Shown here: positions 54,267 to 63,095 of the stretch, one piece after another
Numbering within the stretch: position 1 is the first letter of the stretch
How the letters are laid out: each line of letters opens with the position of its first letter
Notes under the pieces: generated by a model
Databases searched by the model: none
What the model was told of the DNA's origin: nothing
What the model saw: only the letters and a program-made list of their open reading frames with translations
Source: an uncultured Rhabdothermincola sp.
GTDB lineage: Bacteria > Actinomycetota > Acidimicrobiia > Acidimicrobiales > Acidimicrobilacustridaceae
NCBI GenBank assembly: GCA_964530525.1
Contig: CAZHBH010000003.1
Coordinates: forward strand, 1,002 to 65,001
Reading direction: 5' to 3'
Length of the DNA stretch: 64,000 nt
Program-made: the position numbers and the translations under genes

Positions 54267-55172
54267 ATGGACTACGAGCTGACTCACCTCGCCACCCTCG
54301 AGGCGGAGTCGATCCACATCATCCGCGAGGTCGCCGCCGAGTTCGAGCGGCCCGTGCTCCTCTTCTCGGGAGGCAAGGACTCGGTGGTGATGCTCCACCT
54401 GGCCATGAAGGCCTTCCGTCCGAGCCGGCTCCCGTTCCCGGTGATGCACGTGGACACGGGGCACAACTTCGACGAGGTCATCGAGTTCCGCGATCGCGTC
54501 GTGGCGGAGCACGGCGTGAACCTGGTCGTCGCCAGCGTGGAGGAGTCGATCCGCCAGGGCAAGGTCGTGGACGAGACGGGGCCCCGAGCGAGCCGCAACC
54601 GGCTGCAGATCACGACCCTCCTCGATGCGATCACCGACAACGGGTTCGACGCGGTCTTCGGCGGGGGCCGGCGCGACGAGGAGAAGGCCAGGGCCAAGGA
54701 GCGCGTCTTCTCGTTTCGAGACGAGTTCGGCCAGTGGGACCCCAAGAACCAGCGACCCGAGCTGTGGAGCCTCTACAACGGCCGCCACCGCCAGGGCGAG
54801 CACATCAGGGTGTTCCCCCTGTCGAACTGGACCGAGCTCGACATATGGCAGTACGTGGAATCAGAGGCGATCGAGCTGCCCGCCATCTACTACGCGCATC
54901 GAAGGAAGGTGTTCCGTCGTGACGGGATGCTGTTGGCTGTCACCCCCTACGTCACGCTGGCCGAGGACGAGGAGCCGTTCGAGGAGCTCGTCAGGTACCG
55001 CACCGTGGGCGACGCCAGCTGCACCGGGGCCGTGGAGTCGGCCGCGGCGGACGCGGCGGCCGTGATCATGGAGGTCGCCTCCACCCGCATCACCGAGCGC
55101 GGTGCAACCCGCGCGGACGACCGCTTCTCGGAAGCGGCCATGGAGGATCGCAAGAAGGAGGGCTACTTCTGA
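54267..55172 (+). CDS. cysD: sulfate adenylyltransferase subunit 2
   Basis: From the ATG at 54267: LEAESIHIIREVAAEF, LLFSGGKDSVVMLHL, MHVDTGHNFDE and LSNWTELDIWQY. Confidence 0.9.
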   Translation: MDYELTHLATLEAESIHIIREVAAEFERPVLLFSGGKDSVVMLHLAMKAFRPSRLPFPVMHVDTGHNFDEVIEFRDRVVAEHGVNLVVASVEESIRQGKVVDETGPRASRNRLQITTLLDAITDNGFDAVFGGGRRDEEKARAKERVFSFRDEFGQWDPKNQRPELWSLYNGRHRQGEHIRVFPLSNWTELDIWQYVESEAIELPAIYYAHRRKVFRRDGMLLAVTPYVTLAEDEEPFEELVRYRTVGDASCTGAVESAAADAAAVIMEVASTRITERGATRADDRFSEAAMEDRKKEGYF

Positions 55173-56431
55173 TGAGCGAGCTTCTTCGACTTGCCACGGC
55201 GGGCTCGGTCGACGACGGGAAGTCGACCCTCATAGGGCGCCTGCTCTACGACAGCAAGGCCATCTTCGAGGATCAGCTCGAGGCGGTGGAGCGGACCAGT
55301 CGCCAGCGAGGGGACGAGTACACGAACCTGGCTCTGCTCACCGATGGACTCCGTGCCGAGCGTGAGCAGGGCATCACGATCGATGTCGCCTACCGCTACT
55401 TCGCCACCCCCCGGCGCAAGTTCATAATCGCCGACACCCCGGGGCACCTCCAGTACACCCGCAACATGGTGACGGGCTGCTCCACCGCCGACCTCGCGCT
55501 GATCCTGGTGGACGCCCGCAACGGCATCGTCGAGCAGTCGAGGCGCCACGCCTTCCTCGCCTCGCTCCTGCGGGTGCCCCACCTGGTGCTCTGCGTGAAC
55601 AAGATGGACCTCGTCGACTACGACCAGTCGGTCTTCGAGTCGATCAAGGAGGAGTTCAGGGCCTTCGCCACGAAGCTCGACGTCGCCGACCTGGCGTTCA
55701 TACCGGTGTCGGCGCTGAACGGCGACAACATCGTGCACCGGTCGGAGAACATGGACTGGTACGAGGGCACGTCGCTCCTGCACCACCTCGAAGAGGTGTT
55801 CATCGCCTCCGACCGGAACCTCATCGACGCCCGCTTCCCGGTGCAGTACGTGCTGCGTCCCATGAGCGGCGCCCACCACGACTACCGCGGCTACGCGGGC
55901 ACGATCGTGGGGGGAGTGCTCAAGGTCGGCGACGAGGTCCTCGTGCTCCCTTCGGGTTTCACCACCACGATCACAGGCATCGAGACGCCGGCGGGCTCTG
56001 CCCAGGAGGCGTTCGCCCCGATGTCCGTCGCCGTGACGCTCGCCGACGACATCGACATCAGTCGCGGCGACATGATCTGCCGGCCGCACAACCGGCCTTC
56101 GGTCGGACAGGACGTGGACGCCATGGTGTGCTGGATGACCGAGCAGTCGCAGCTCCGCACGGGAGCCAAGCTCGCCATCAAGCACACGACGCGCTCCGCT
56201 CGGGCTCTGGTGAAGGACCTCCACTACCGGCTCGACGTCAACACCCTGCACCGAGACCACGACGCAGAGAGCCTCGGGCTGAACGAGATCGGCCGCGTGA
56301 GCATGCGCACGACGGTTCCGCTGTTCTTCGACGAGTACCGCCGCAACCGCGAGACCGGGAGCTTCGTGCTCATCGACGAGACGACGAACAACACCGTCGG
56401 CGCCGGGATGATCACCGGCCCCACCCAGTAG
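55172..56431 (+). CDS. cysN: sulfate adenylyltransferase subunit 1 (GTPase)
   Basis: LATAGSVDDGKSTLIGRLL (G1), DGLRAEREQGITID, ADTPGH (G3) and CVNKMDL (G4). The ATGA overlaps the cysD stop. Confidence 0.9.
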   Translation: MSELLRLATAGSVDDGKSTLIGRLLYDSKAIFEDQLEAVERTSRQRGDEYTNLALLTDGLRAEREQGITIDVAYRYFATPRRKFIIADTPGHLQYTRNMVTGCSTADLALILVDARNGIVEQSRRHAFLASLLRVPHLVLCVNKMDLVDYDQSVFESIKEEFRAFATKLDVADLAFIPVSALNGDNIVHRSENMDWYEGTSLLHHLEEVFIASDRNLIDARFPVQYVLRPMSGAHHDYRGYAGTIVGGVLKVGDEVLVLPSGFTTTITGIETPAGSAQEAFAPMSVAVTLADDIDISRGDMICRPHNRPSVGQDVDAMVCWMTEQSQLRTGAKLAIKHTTRSARALVKDLHYRLDVNTLHRDHDAESLGLNEIGRVSMRTTVPLFFDEYRRNRETGSFVLIDETTNNTVGAGMITGPTQ

Positions 56432-56442
56432 CGAGCGACGAG

Positions 56443-57039
56443 ATGGCCGAGGGCACGAGCCCGGACGTGGTGTGGCACCCAGGCTTGGTCGCCCGCGAGG
56501 CGCGCTGGTCGGCGAGCCAGCTCGGAGGAGCGACGGTGTGGTTCACGGGCCTGTCGGGGTCGGGCAAGTCCTCGGTGGCCGTCGCGGTGGAGGAGTCGCT
56601 CGTGCGATCGGGCAGGGCTGCCTACCTGTTGGACGGTGACAACCTACGGCACGGTCTCAACGGCGACCTCGGCTTCGGTGCCGCCGACCGCGCCGAGAAC
56701 GTCCGTCGCGCCTCGGAGGTCGCACGCCTGTTCGCGGACGCGGGGGTGGTCGCCCTGGTACCTCTGATCTCGCCCTACCGCGCAGACCGCGACAGGGCTC
56801 GCCAGGTTCATCGTGAGGCCGGGCTGAGGTTCTTGGAGGTCTACGTGGACACCCCCGTGGACGAGTGCGAGCGTCGTGATCCCAAGGGTCTCTACGCCAA
56901 GGCCAGGGCGGGGGAGATCACCGGGTTCACGGGTGTGGATGACCCCTACGAGGCTCCCCTCGCACCCGAGTTGGTCCTCACGCCCTCCGACGGCGACCCC
57001 TACGAGCAGGCCCGCAAGGTCTTGGCGCTGCTCGGCTAG
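56443..57039 (+). CDS. cysC: adenylylsulfate (APS) kinase
   Basis: From the ATG at 56443: VWFTGLSGSGKSSVA, LLDGDNLRHGLNGDLGF, SPYRADR and KGLYAKARAGEITGFTGVDDPYE. Confidence 0.9.
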   Translation: MAEGTSPDVVWHPGLVAREARWSASQLGGATVWFTGLSGSGKSSVAVAVEESLVRSGRAAYLLDGDNLRHGLNGDLGFGAADRAENVRRASEVARLFADAGVVALVPLISPYRADRDRARQVHREAGLRFLEVYVDTPVDECERRDPKGLYAKARAGEITGFTGVDDPYEAPLAPELVLTPSDGDPYEQARKVLALLG

Positions 57040-57096
57040 CAGCTCCTCGGCGGCGGCCAGACCGCAGCTGGTCCCGGTCTTCTGCTCGGGCGCGCT

Positions 57097-57123
57097 GCGG
57101 CCCCGGCCTAAGGCCGGGGCCGC
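57097..57123. terminator. GC-rich hairpin between convergent genes (candidate bidirectional terminator)
   Basis: GCGGCCCCGGCC-TAA-GGCCGGGGCCGC, a perfect 12-bp stem, between the cysC stop (57039) and the stop of the Lys-rich gene (57144). Confidence 0.55.
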
Positions 57124-57143
57124 AAGGTGACCATCTGGGGAGA

Positions 57144-57491
57144 TCAGCGCCGTCGCGCTGCTGCCTTCTTCTTGGTCGCCCGCTTCTTCGCGGGGGCCTT
57201 CTTGGCCGTGGCCTTCTTCTTGGCCGGAGCCTTCTTCTTGGTCGCCCGCTTCTTCGCCGTGGCCTTCTTCTTGGCCGGGCGCTTGGCAGTCGCCTTCTTC
57301 TTGGTCGCCCGCTTCTTCGCGGGGGCCTTCTTCGTGGTGCGCTTGGCAGTCACCTTCTTCTTGGTGGTCCGCTTCTTCGCGGGAGCCTTCTTCGTGGTGC
57401 GCTTGGCTGCTGCCTTCTTCTTGGTGGCCCGCTTCTTGGCGGGCGCTTTCTTGGCCGCCTTCTTGGTGGCGGCTCGCTTTACAGGTGTCAC
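57144..57491 (-). CDS. Lys/Ala/Thr-rich histone-H1-like repetitive basic protein
   Basis: The sequence is almost entirely (A/T)KK(A/R)(A/T)xKK repeats, e.g. KRATKKKAAAKRTTKKAPAKKRTTKKK. GTG 57491 lies 6 nt after GAGGAGG; the track start 57524 is a TTG. The underlying DNA is tandemly repetitive. Confidence 0.6.
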   Translation of the reverse strand: MTPVKRAATKKAAKKAPAKKRATKKKAAAKRTTKKAPAKKRTTKKKVTAKRTTKKAPAKKRATKKKATAKRPAKKKATAKKRATKKKAPAKKKATAKKAPAKKRATKKKAAARRR

Positions 57492-57698
57492 CGGGCGCCT
57501 CCTCGGCGTGTTGGTTGTTAGCAAAGTTGTAGCAAGTGTTGGAGGCCAAGTGTGGGCTTTCGACGCGCGCGAGGTGCGTCCCTCTCGCGTCCACGTTGCA
57601 TGGGTGTGCTCGCGCGCCCATTGGGTGATACCTGACGAGCACGTACGCGAAGCATCGCAACGGGGTGCGCGCGGACGAGCTCGATCCGTGAGGGCCGA

Positions 57699-60600
57699 CT
57701 AGGTCGGGATGTCTGCGAAGGCCTTTGCGAGGATCTCGCGCTGCTCCTGGTGGTGCACAGCGTGCACTCCTGTGGCCGGACTGCTCGATTCGGGGCGTGA
57801 CACGCGCATGATCTGATGCGTGTCCTCGTGCGCCTCGTAGAAGCGGCCCTTGACGAAGTTCCAGGAGCCCATGTTCTCCGGCTCTTCCTGGAGCCAGACG
57901 ATCTGGCGGGCGTTGGGGTAGCGCTCGAGGACCTCTGCCACTCGGGCCGCGGGCCACGGGAACAGCTGCTCCACACGGACGATCGCCGCAGGGGTGCCCG
58001 ACTCGTCGCGAGCGGCCATGGCTTCGTAGGCCACCTTCCCGGAGGTGAAGACGACCCTGCGGACGGAGCCGGGATCGTCGACACCCGGGTCGTCCAGGAC
58101 CTCCTGGAACGACCCTTCGGTCAGCTCCGAGATGTGCGAGCGCGCCGAGCGTGCACGCAGCAGCGACTTGGGCGTGAAGACCACCAGCGGCTTGCGCACC
58201 TCGGAGCGCGCCTGACGCCGCAGGAGGTGGAAGTACTGGGCCGCGGTGGTGGGGTTGCAGCACCGGATGTTGTCGTTGGCCGCCAAGGTCAAGAAGCGCT
58301 CGATGCGCGCCGAGGAGTGCTCGGGACCCTGGCCCTCGTAGCCGTGCGGCAGGAGCATCACCAGGCCGGACCGCTGGTCCCACTTGTCCTCGGCTGTCAC
58401 GACGAACTGGTCGATGATCACCTGGGCGCCGTTCATGAAGTCGCCGAACTGCGCCTCCCAGATCACCAGGGCGTCCTCGTTCTCCACCGAGTACCCGTAC
58501 TCGAAGCCCAGCACGGCGAACTCCGAGAGGAGGGAGTCGTAGAGCCAGAACCGGGCGCCGTCCTGGGCGACCGAGCGCAGCGGCACGTGCTCCTCGCCGG
58601 TCTCGTAGCAGACGAGCACCGCGTGGCGGTGGGAGAACGTCCCCCGGCGGGTGTCCTCCCCCGATAGCCGCACAGATCGGCCCTCGTTCAGGAGGGTGCC
58701 GAAGGCGAGGGCTTCGCCGAGGGCCCAGTCGACCTCGCCCTGCTCCACGTACATCGCGTGTCGGGCATCGAACTGCCTGACGAGCTTCGGGTGAGTGGAG
58801 AAGCCCTCCGGCACGGTCTCCAGGGCTGCGAACACCTCGTCGAGGACCCCACGGTCGACCGACGTCTCCACCGCGGGGGCGGCGTGCGCCTTGGAACGCG
58901 GCTTGTAGTCGGAGGGTTCGGGTGGGGTGTGCGAGCGCGTCTCGTCGAGGGCGCCCTGGAGGCGGCGTCCGAAGTCGTCGAGAGCCGCCTCGGCCTCCTC
59001 CAGGGAGATGTCGCCGCGCTTCACGAGGGCCTCGGTGTAGAGCTTGCGGACAGAGCGCTTGGCCTCGATCCGCTTGTACATGATGGGCTGCGTGTAGCTG
59101 GGGTCGTCCGCCTCGTTGTGGCCCTGCCGGCGGTAGCAGAGCATGTCGATCACCACGTCGCGGTGGAAGGCCTGGCGGTACGCGAACGCGAGCCGCGCCA
59201 CCTGCGTGCACGCCTCCGGGTCGTCGCCGTTCACGTGGAGGATGGGAGCCTGGACCATCTTGGCCACGTCGGTCGCGTACTCCGACGAGCGGGCTGCAGC
59301 GGGTGGTGTGGTGAAGCCCAGTTGGTTGTTGATGATCAGGTGGATCGTCCCACCCACGCGGTAGCCCCTCACCTGGCTGAGGTTCAGCGTCTCGGCCACC
59401 ACGCCTTGACCCGCGAACGCGGCGTCTCCGTGGATGAGCAGGGGGAGCACCGCGTAGTTCCCCGGGGGCTCGATGAGGTCCATCTTCGCCCGAGCCATGC
59501 CGACGACGACCGGGTCGACCGCCTCCAGGTGGGAGGGGTTGGCCGCCAGGCCGACGGGGATCACGTTGCCCTTGGGGCTCACGAACTTGCCGCTCTGGCC
59601 CAGGTGGTACTTGACGTCCCCCGATCCTTGGATCGAGTCGGGGTCGATGTTGCCCTCGAACTCGCTGAAGAGCTGCTGGTAGCTCTTGCCCACGATGTTC
59701 ACGAGGACGTTCAGGCGACCCCTGTGCGCCATCCCCATCATGACCGAGTCCATGTGGCTGTCGGCCGCCTCGCTGAGGATGGCGTCGAGCAAGGGGATGG
59801 CCGACTCTGCCCCGTCTATGCCGAAGCGCTTCTGCCCCACGTACTTGGTGTTGAGGAACCTCTCCAGGGCCTCGGCGGCGTTCAGGCGCTCGAGGATGTG
59901 GCGCTTCTCGGCGGTGGTCAGCTCGAACGAGGCGCCCTCCACCTGCTCTTGGATCCAGCGCTTCTGAGCGGGCTCCGAGATGTGCATGTACTCGATGCCG
60001 ATCGATCGGCAGTAGGCGTCACGCAGGAGGTGCAGCAGATCGCCGAGGCGCATGGTCTCGCGCCCGGCGATGCCACCCGTGAGGAACTCTCGGTCAAGGT
60101 CCCAGATGGTCAACCCGTAGGTGGCGGGATCGAGCTCGGGATGCATCACCGGCTCTTCGGCCGAGAGCGGGTCGAGGTCGGCGATCAGGTGGCCTCGCAC
60201 CCGGTGCATGTTCACGAGGGCCTGCACCTTGAGCTGCTTGCGCAGCATCGCAGAGTCGTGCTCGGCGGGGTTCACGTCCCGGCGCCAGCGCACCGCCTCG
60301 TAGGGAACGCCCAGGTCTCGGAAGATGCGCTCGTAGAAGTCGTGCGCGCCGAGGAGGAGCTCGTGGACGCGCTGGAGGAACAGCCCCGACTCCGCACCCT
60401 GGATGATGCGGTGGTCGTAGGTGGAGCTGATCGTCATCACCTTCGAGACGCCGAGGTCGGCGAGCTTTCCGGGGTCGGCCCCCTGGTACTCGGCAGGGAA
60501 GTCGAGTGCTCCAACCCCGACGATCGTGCCCTGGCCCACCATCAGGCGGGGCACCGACTGGGTGGTCCCTATCGTTCCGGGGTTCGTGAGCGTCACCGTG

Positions 60601-61310
60601 ACGCCGCTGAAGTCGTCGGGGCTGAGCTGGTTGTTGCGCACCTTGCGGATCAGGTCCTGGTACGCACGCCAGTAGGCGTCGAAGCCGAGCGTGTCCGCCT
60701 GGCGGATGCACGGCACCAGGAGCGTCCGGCTGCCGTCCGACTTCTCCACGTCGACAGCGAGGCCGAGCCCCACGTGCTCGTGGCGGACCACCCTGGGCTT
60801 GCCGTCGGATCCGGGGACGAAGGCCGAGCTCATCACCGGGACGCCGTCCGCGATCGCGCGCACGACGGCGTAGCCGATGATGTGGGTGAAGCTCACCTTC
60901 CCCTGCTGCTTGCGCTCCAGGTAGTCGTTGATGATGGAGCGGTTGACCTCGAGCAGCTTCGCCGGGACGTCGCGGTAGCTGGTCGCCGTCGGGACGGTGA
61001 GGCTGGTCTCCATGTTCGCCACCACGCGGGCAGCGGCTCCTCGCAACGGCTCACCGACCTCTTCGACCTCTCCGGCGCCGCCGCCGGGGGCCTCGCCTCC
61101 CGGACCCGCCGAAGTCCCCGCGGGGCGGTCGGCCGCCGGTTCCGCTGGTTGGGGGGCGGGCCCCGGTTCGGCCGAAGGGCGATAGTCCTTGAAGAACTCC
61201 TGCCAGCTCTCGCTCACCGATGACGGATCGTCGAGGTACTGGTGGTACATCTCGTCGACCAACCAGGCGTTGGGACCGGCGAAGGAGGAGGGGGGAATAC
61301 CGTCAGTCAC
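57699..61310 (-). CDS. kgd: multifunctional 2-oxoglutarate dehydrogenase E1 / decarboxylase (Kgd/SucA with E2-like segment)
   Basis: FGPNAWLVDEMYHQYLDDPSSV at the N-terminus, an internal acyltransferase-like DHRIIQGAESG, and E1 blocks (RGHL, GMAHRGRLNVL, HGDAAFAGQGVV, LLPHGYEGQGPEHSS). GTG 61310 was chosen; the track ORF extends to 61502. Confidence 0.9.
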   Translation of the reverse strand: MTDGIPPSSFAGPNAWLVDEMYHQYLDDPSSVSESWQEFFKDYRPSAEPGPAPQPAEPAADRPAGTSAGPGGEAPGGGAGEVEEVGEPLRGAAARVVANMETSLTVPTATSYRDVPAKLLEVNRSIINDYLERKQQGKVSFTHIIGYAVVRAIADGVPVMSSAFVPGSDGKPRVVRHEHVGLGLAVDVEKSDGSRTLLVPCIRQADTLGFDAYWRAYQDLIRKVRNNQLSPDDFSGVTVTLTNPGTIGTTQSVPRLMVGQGTIVGVGALDFPAEYQGADPGKLADLGVSKVMTISSTYDHRIIQGAESGLFLQRVHELLLGAHDFYERIFRDLGVPYEAVRWRRDVNPAEHDSAMLRKQLKVQALVNMHRVRGHLIADLDPLSAEEPVMHPELDPATYGLTIWDLDREFLTGGIAGRETMRLGDLLHLLRDAYCRSIGIEYMHISEPAQKRWIQEQVEGASFELTTAEKRHILERLNAAEALERFLNTKYVGQKRFGIDGAESAIPLLDAILSEAADSHMDSVMMGMAHRGRLNVLVNIVGKSYQQLFSEFEGNIDPDSIQGSGDVKYHLGQSGKFVSPKGNVIPVGLAANPSHLEAVDPVVVGMARAKMDLIEPPGNYAVLPLLIHGDAAFAGQGVVAETLNLSQVRGYRVGGTIHLIINNQLGFTTPPAAARSSEYATDVAKMVQAPILHVNGDDPEACTQVARLAFAYRQAFHRDVVIDMLCYRRQGHNEADDPSYTQPIMYKRIEAKRSVRKLYTEALVKRGDISLEEAEAALDDFGRRLQGALDETRSHTPPEPSDYKPRSKAHAAPAVETSVDRGVLDEVFAALETVPEGFSTHPKLVRQFDARHAMYVEQGEVDWALGEALAFGTLLNEGRSVRLSGEDTRRGTFSHRHAVLVCYETGEEHVPLRSVAQDGARFWLYDSLLSEFAVLGFEYGYSVENEDALVIWEAQFGDFMNGAQVIIDQFVVTAEDKWDQRSGLVMLLPHGYEGQGPEHSSARIERFLTLAANDNIRCCNPTTAAQYFHLLRRQARSEVRKPLVVFTPKSLLRARSARSHISELTEGSFQEVLDDPGVDDPGSVRRVVFTSGKVAYEAMAARDESGTPAAIVRVEQLFPWPAARVAEVLERYPNARQIVWLQEEPENMGSWNFVKGRFYEAHEDTHQIMRVSRPESSSPATGVHAVHHQEQREILAKAFADIPT

Positions 61311-61416
61311 ACCCCCGAGCCTACCGGTCGGCCATGTGTGGGATTCCCCCCCTCGGTGACTCCATCGCCTGGCGCGGAGGGCGATGGGGCAGAGGGGAGT
61401 TCCGTAGAGTGTCCCG

Positions 61417-62190
61417 ATGCGGCTGGCCACCTGGAACGTCAACTCACTGAACGCACGCCTAGAGCGGGTGGAGGAGTGGTTGACGGCCGTGGAGCCCGAC
61501 ATCGTCTGCCTTCAAGAGACGAAGCTCGCCGACTCGGCCTTCCCGCTGCTCACCTTCCAGGCCCTGGGCTACGAGGCGGCTCACGTCGGGCAGGGTCGCT
61601 GGAACGGCGTGGCGATACTCAGCCGCGTGGGTCTCGACGACGTGGTCCCCGGCTTCGACGACACCGACGAGCCAGATCCCGAGGCTCGGCTCCTGTGGGC
61701 CACCTGCGGCGGGCTGAGGGTGGCGTCCGTCTACGTACCCAACGGTCGAGAGGTGGGCTGCGACCACTACCGCTACAAGCTCGAGTTCCTCGACCGGCTT
61801 CGCAGGTCGGTAGCCCGAGCTGCCTCCCCATCCGATCCCCTCGTGATCGCAGGCGACTTCAACGTGGCGCCCGACGACGTAGACGTCTGGGATCCCGACG
61901 TCTTCGAGGGCTCTACCCACGTCAGCCCGCCCGAGCGCGAGCAGGTGGAGCGACTGCTGGAGTGGGGGATGGTCGACGTCTTCCGGCTGCACCACGAGGT
62001 GGGCGGGCTCTTCTCCTGGTGGGACTACCGCTCCGGTAACTTCCACAAGGGCAAGGGCATGCGCATCGACCTGGTGCTGGCCACGGCTCCCGTAGCGGCT
62101 CGGGTGCGCACCGCGCTCATCGACCGCAACGCCCGCAAGGGCAAGTCGCCGTCTGACCACGCACCGGTGATCGTCGACCTCCACCCCTAG
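61417..62190 (+). CDS. xthA: exodeoxyribonuclease III
   Basis: MRLATWNVNSLNARL, DIVCLQETK, GDFNVAPDD and SDHAPVIVDL. Confidence 0.9.
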   Translation: MRLATWNVNSLNARLERVEEWLTAVEPDIVCLQETKLADSAFPLLTFQALGYEAAHVGQGRWNGVAILSRVGLDDVVPGFDDTDEPDPEARLLWATCGGLRVASVYVPNGREVGCDHYRYKLEFLDRLRRSVARAASPSDPLVIAGDFNVAPDDVDVWDPDVFEGSTHVSPPEREQVERLLEWGMVDVFRLHHEVGGLFSWWDYRSGNFHKGKGMRIDLVLATAPVAARVRTALIDRNARKGKSPSDHAPVIVDLHP

Positions 62191-62296
62191 GCCGATCCTG
62201 CGACCGAGGGAAGACGGCCAGGACTCGCAGCCCCGGGTCGCCCACCGTTGCGCCTGGATCTGTGTGCATGGGGCCCATCTGGGCAACGATGGGGGG

Positions 62297-63088
62297 ATGA
62301 GCGTGAAAGACGGCTTCGCTGCAGCCCAACCCGACCCGAGCCTGGTGCGCAACGCGCTGTTCGCTCGCTGGCAGGAGCCCAACGAGGAGGAGCTGTCGCC
62401 TCGCCGCATGGAGATGCGTCGTCTCACCGACTCGATGCGCACCATCATCGAACGCCTGGTGGCAACGGATGCACCGCAGGAGATGATCTCGGAGGCAGCA
62501 GACGAGCTCGCCCGTGTGGCCCTTGGCTTCGACAGCTTCGCCCCGTCCAAGCGCTACGAGGGCTTCGCGGAGGTCACTCTGGGGGGAGGGGATCCCCACG
62601 CCCTGTTCGAGCACAGCCCCTTCGTGGGACGGGCCAACCCGCTGGCGCCTCCGATAAGGCTCCGAGAGGTGGACGGGTCGGTCCACGCCGAGGTCACCTT
62701 CGGATCGGCCTACGAGGGGCCACCGGGCTGCGTCCACGGTGGCTACGTCGCCGGAGCCTTCGACGAGGTGCTGGGAGCCACCCAGACCCTCACGGGGCGC
62801 CCGGGCATGACCGGGACCCTCACGGTCAAGTACCGCAACCCCACGCCGCTGCACCGGGAGGTGCGGTTCGTCGGCGAGCTCGTGAAGATCGAGGGCAGGC
62901 GCATCCACACCCAGGGACGCCTGTACTTCAACGACGTCCTGTGTGCTGAGGCCGAGGGCATCTTCGTGTCCATCGACGTCGGAAAGTTCGTAGCGCTCAA
63001 GGCCCAGCGCGAGGCGGCCGAGAGGGCTCGCCGCGGCGAGGAAGAGCCAGACGAGGGATCCGACCTGACCGGCGACGCCTCGGTGTAG
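62297..63088 (+). CDS. PaaI-family (hotdog-fold) thioesterase-like protein
   Basis: GPPGCVHGGYVAGAFDEVLGATQ and TLTVKYRNPTPL fit the PaaI/YdiI hotdog pattern. The start is uncertain (GTG 62264, ATG 62297 or GTG 62303). Confidence 0.6.
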   Translation: MSVKDGFAAAQPDPSLVRNALFARWQEPNEEELSPRRMEMRRLTDSMRTIIERLVATDAPQEMISEAADELARVALGFDSFAPSKRYEGFAEVTLGGGDPHALFEHSPFVGRANPLAPPIRLREVDGSVHAEVTFGSAYEGPPGCVHGGYVAGAFDEVLGATQTLTGRPGMTGTLTVKYRNPTPLHREVRFVGELVKIEGRRIHTQGRLYFNDVLCAEAEGIFVSIDVGKFVALKAQREAAERARRGEEEPDEGSDLTGDASV

Positions 63089-63095
63089 CTCCTCG

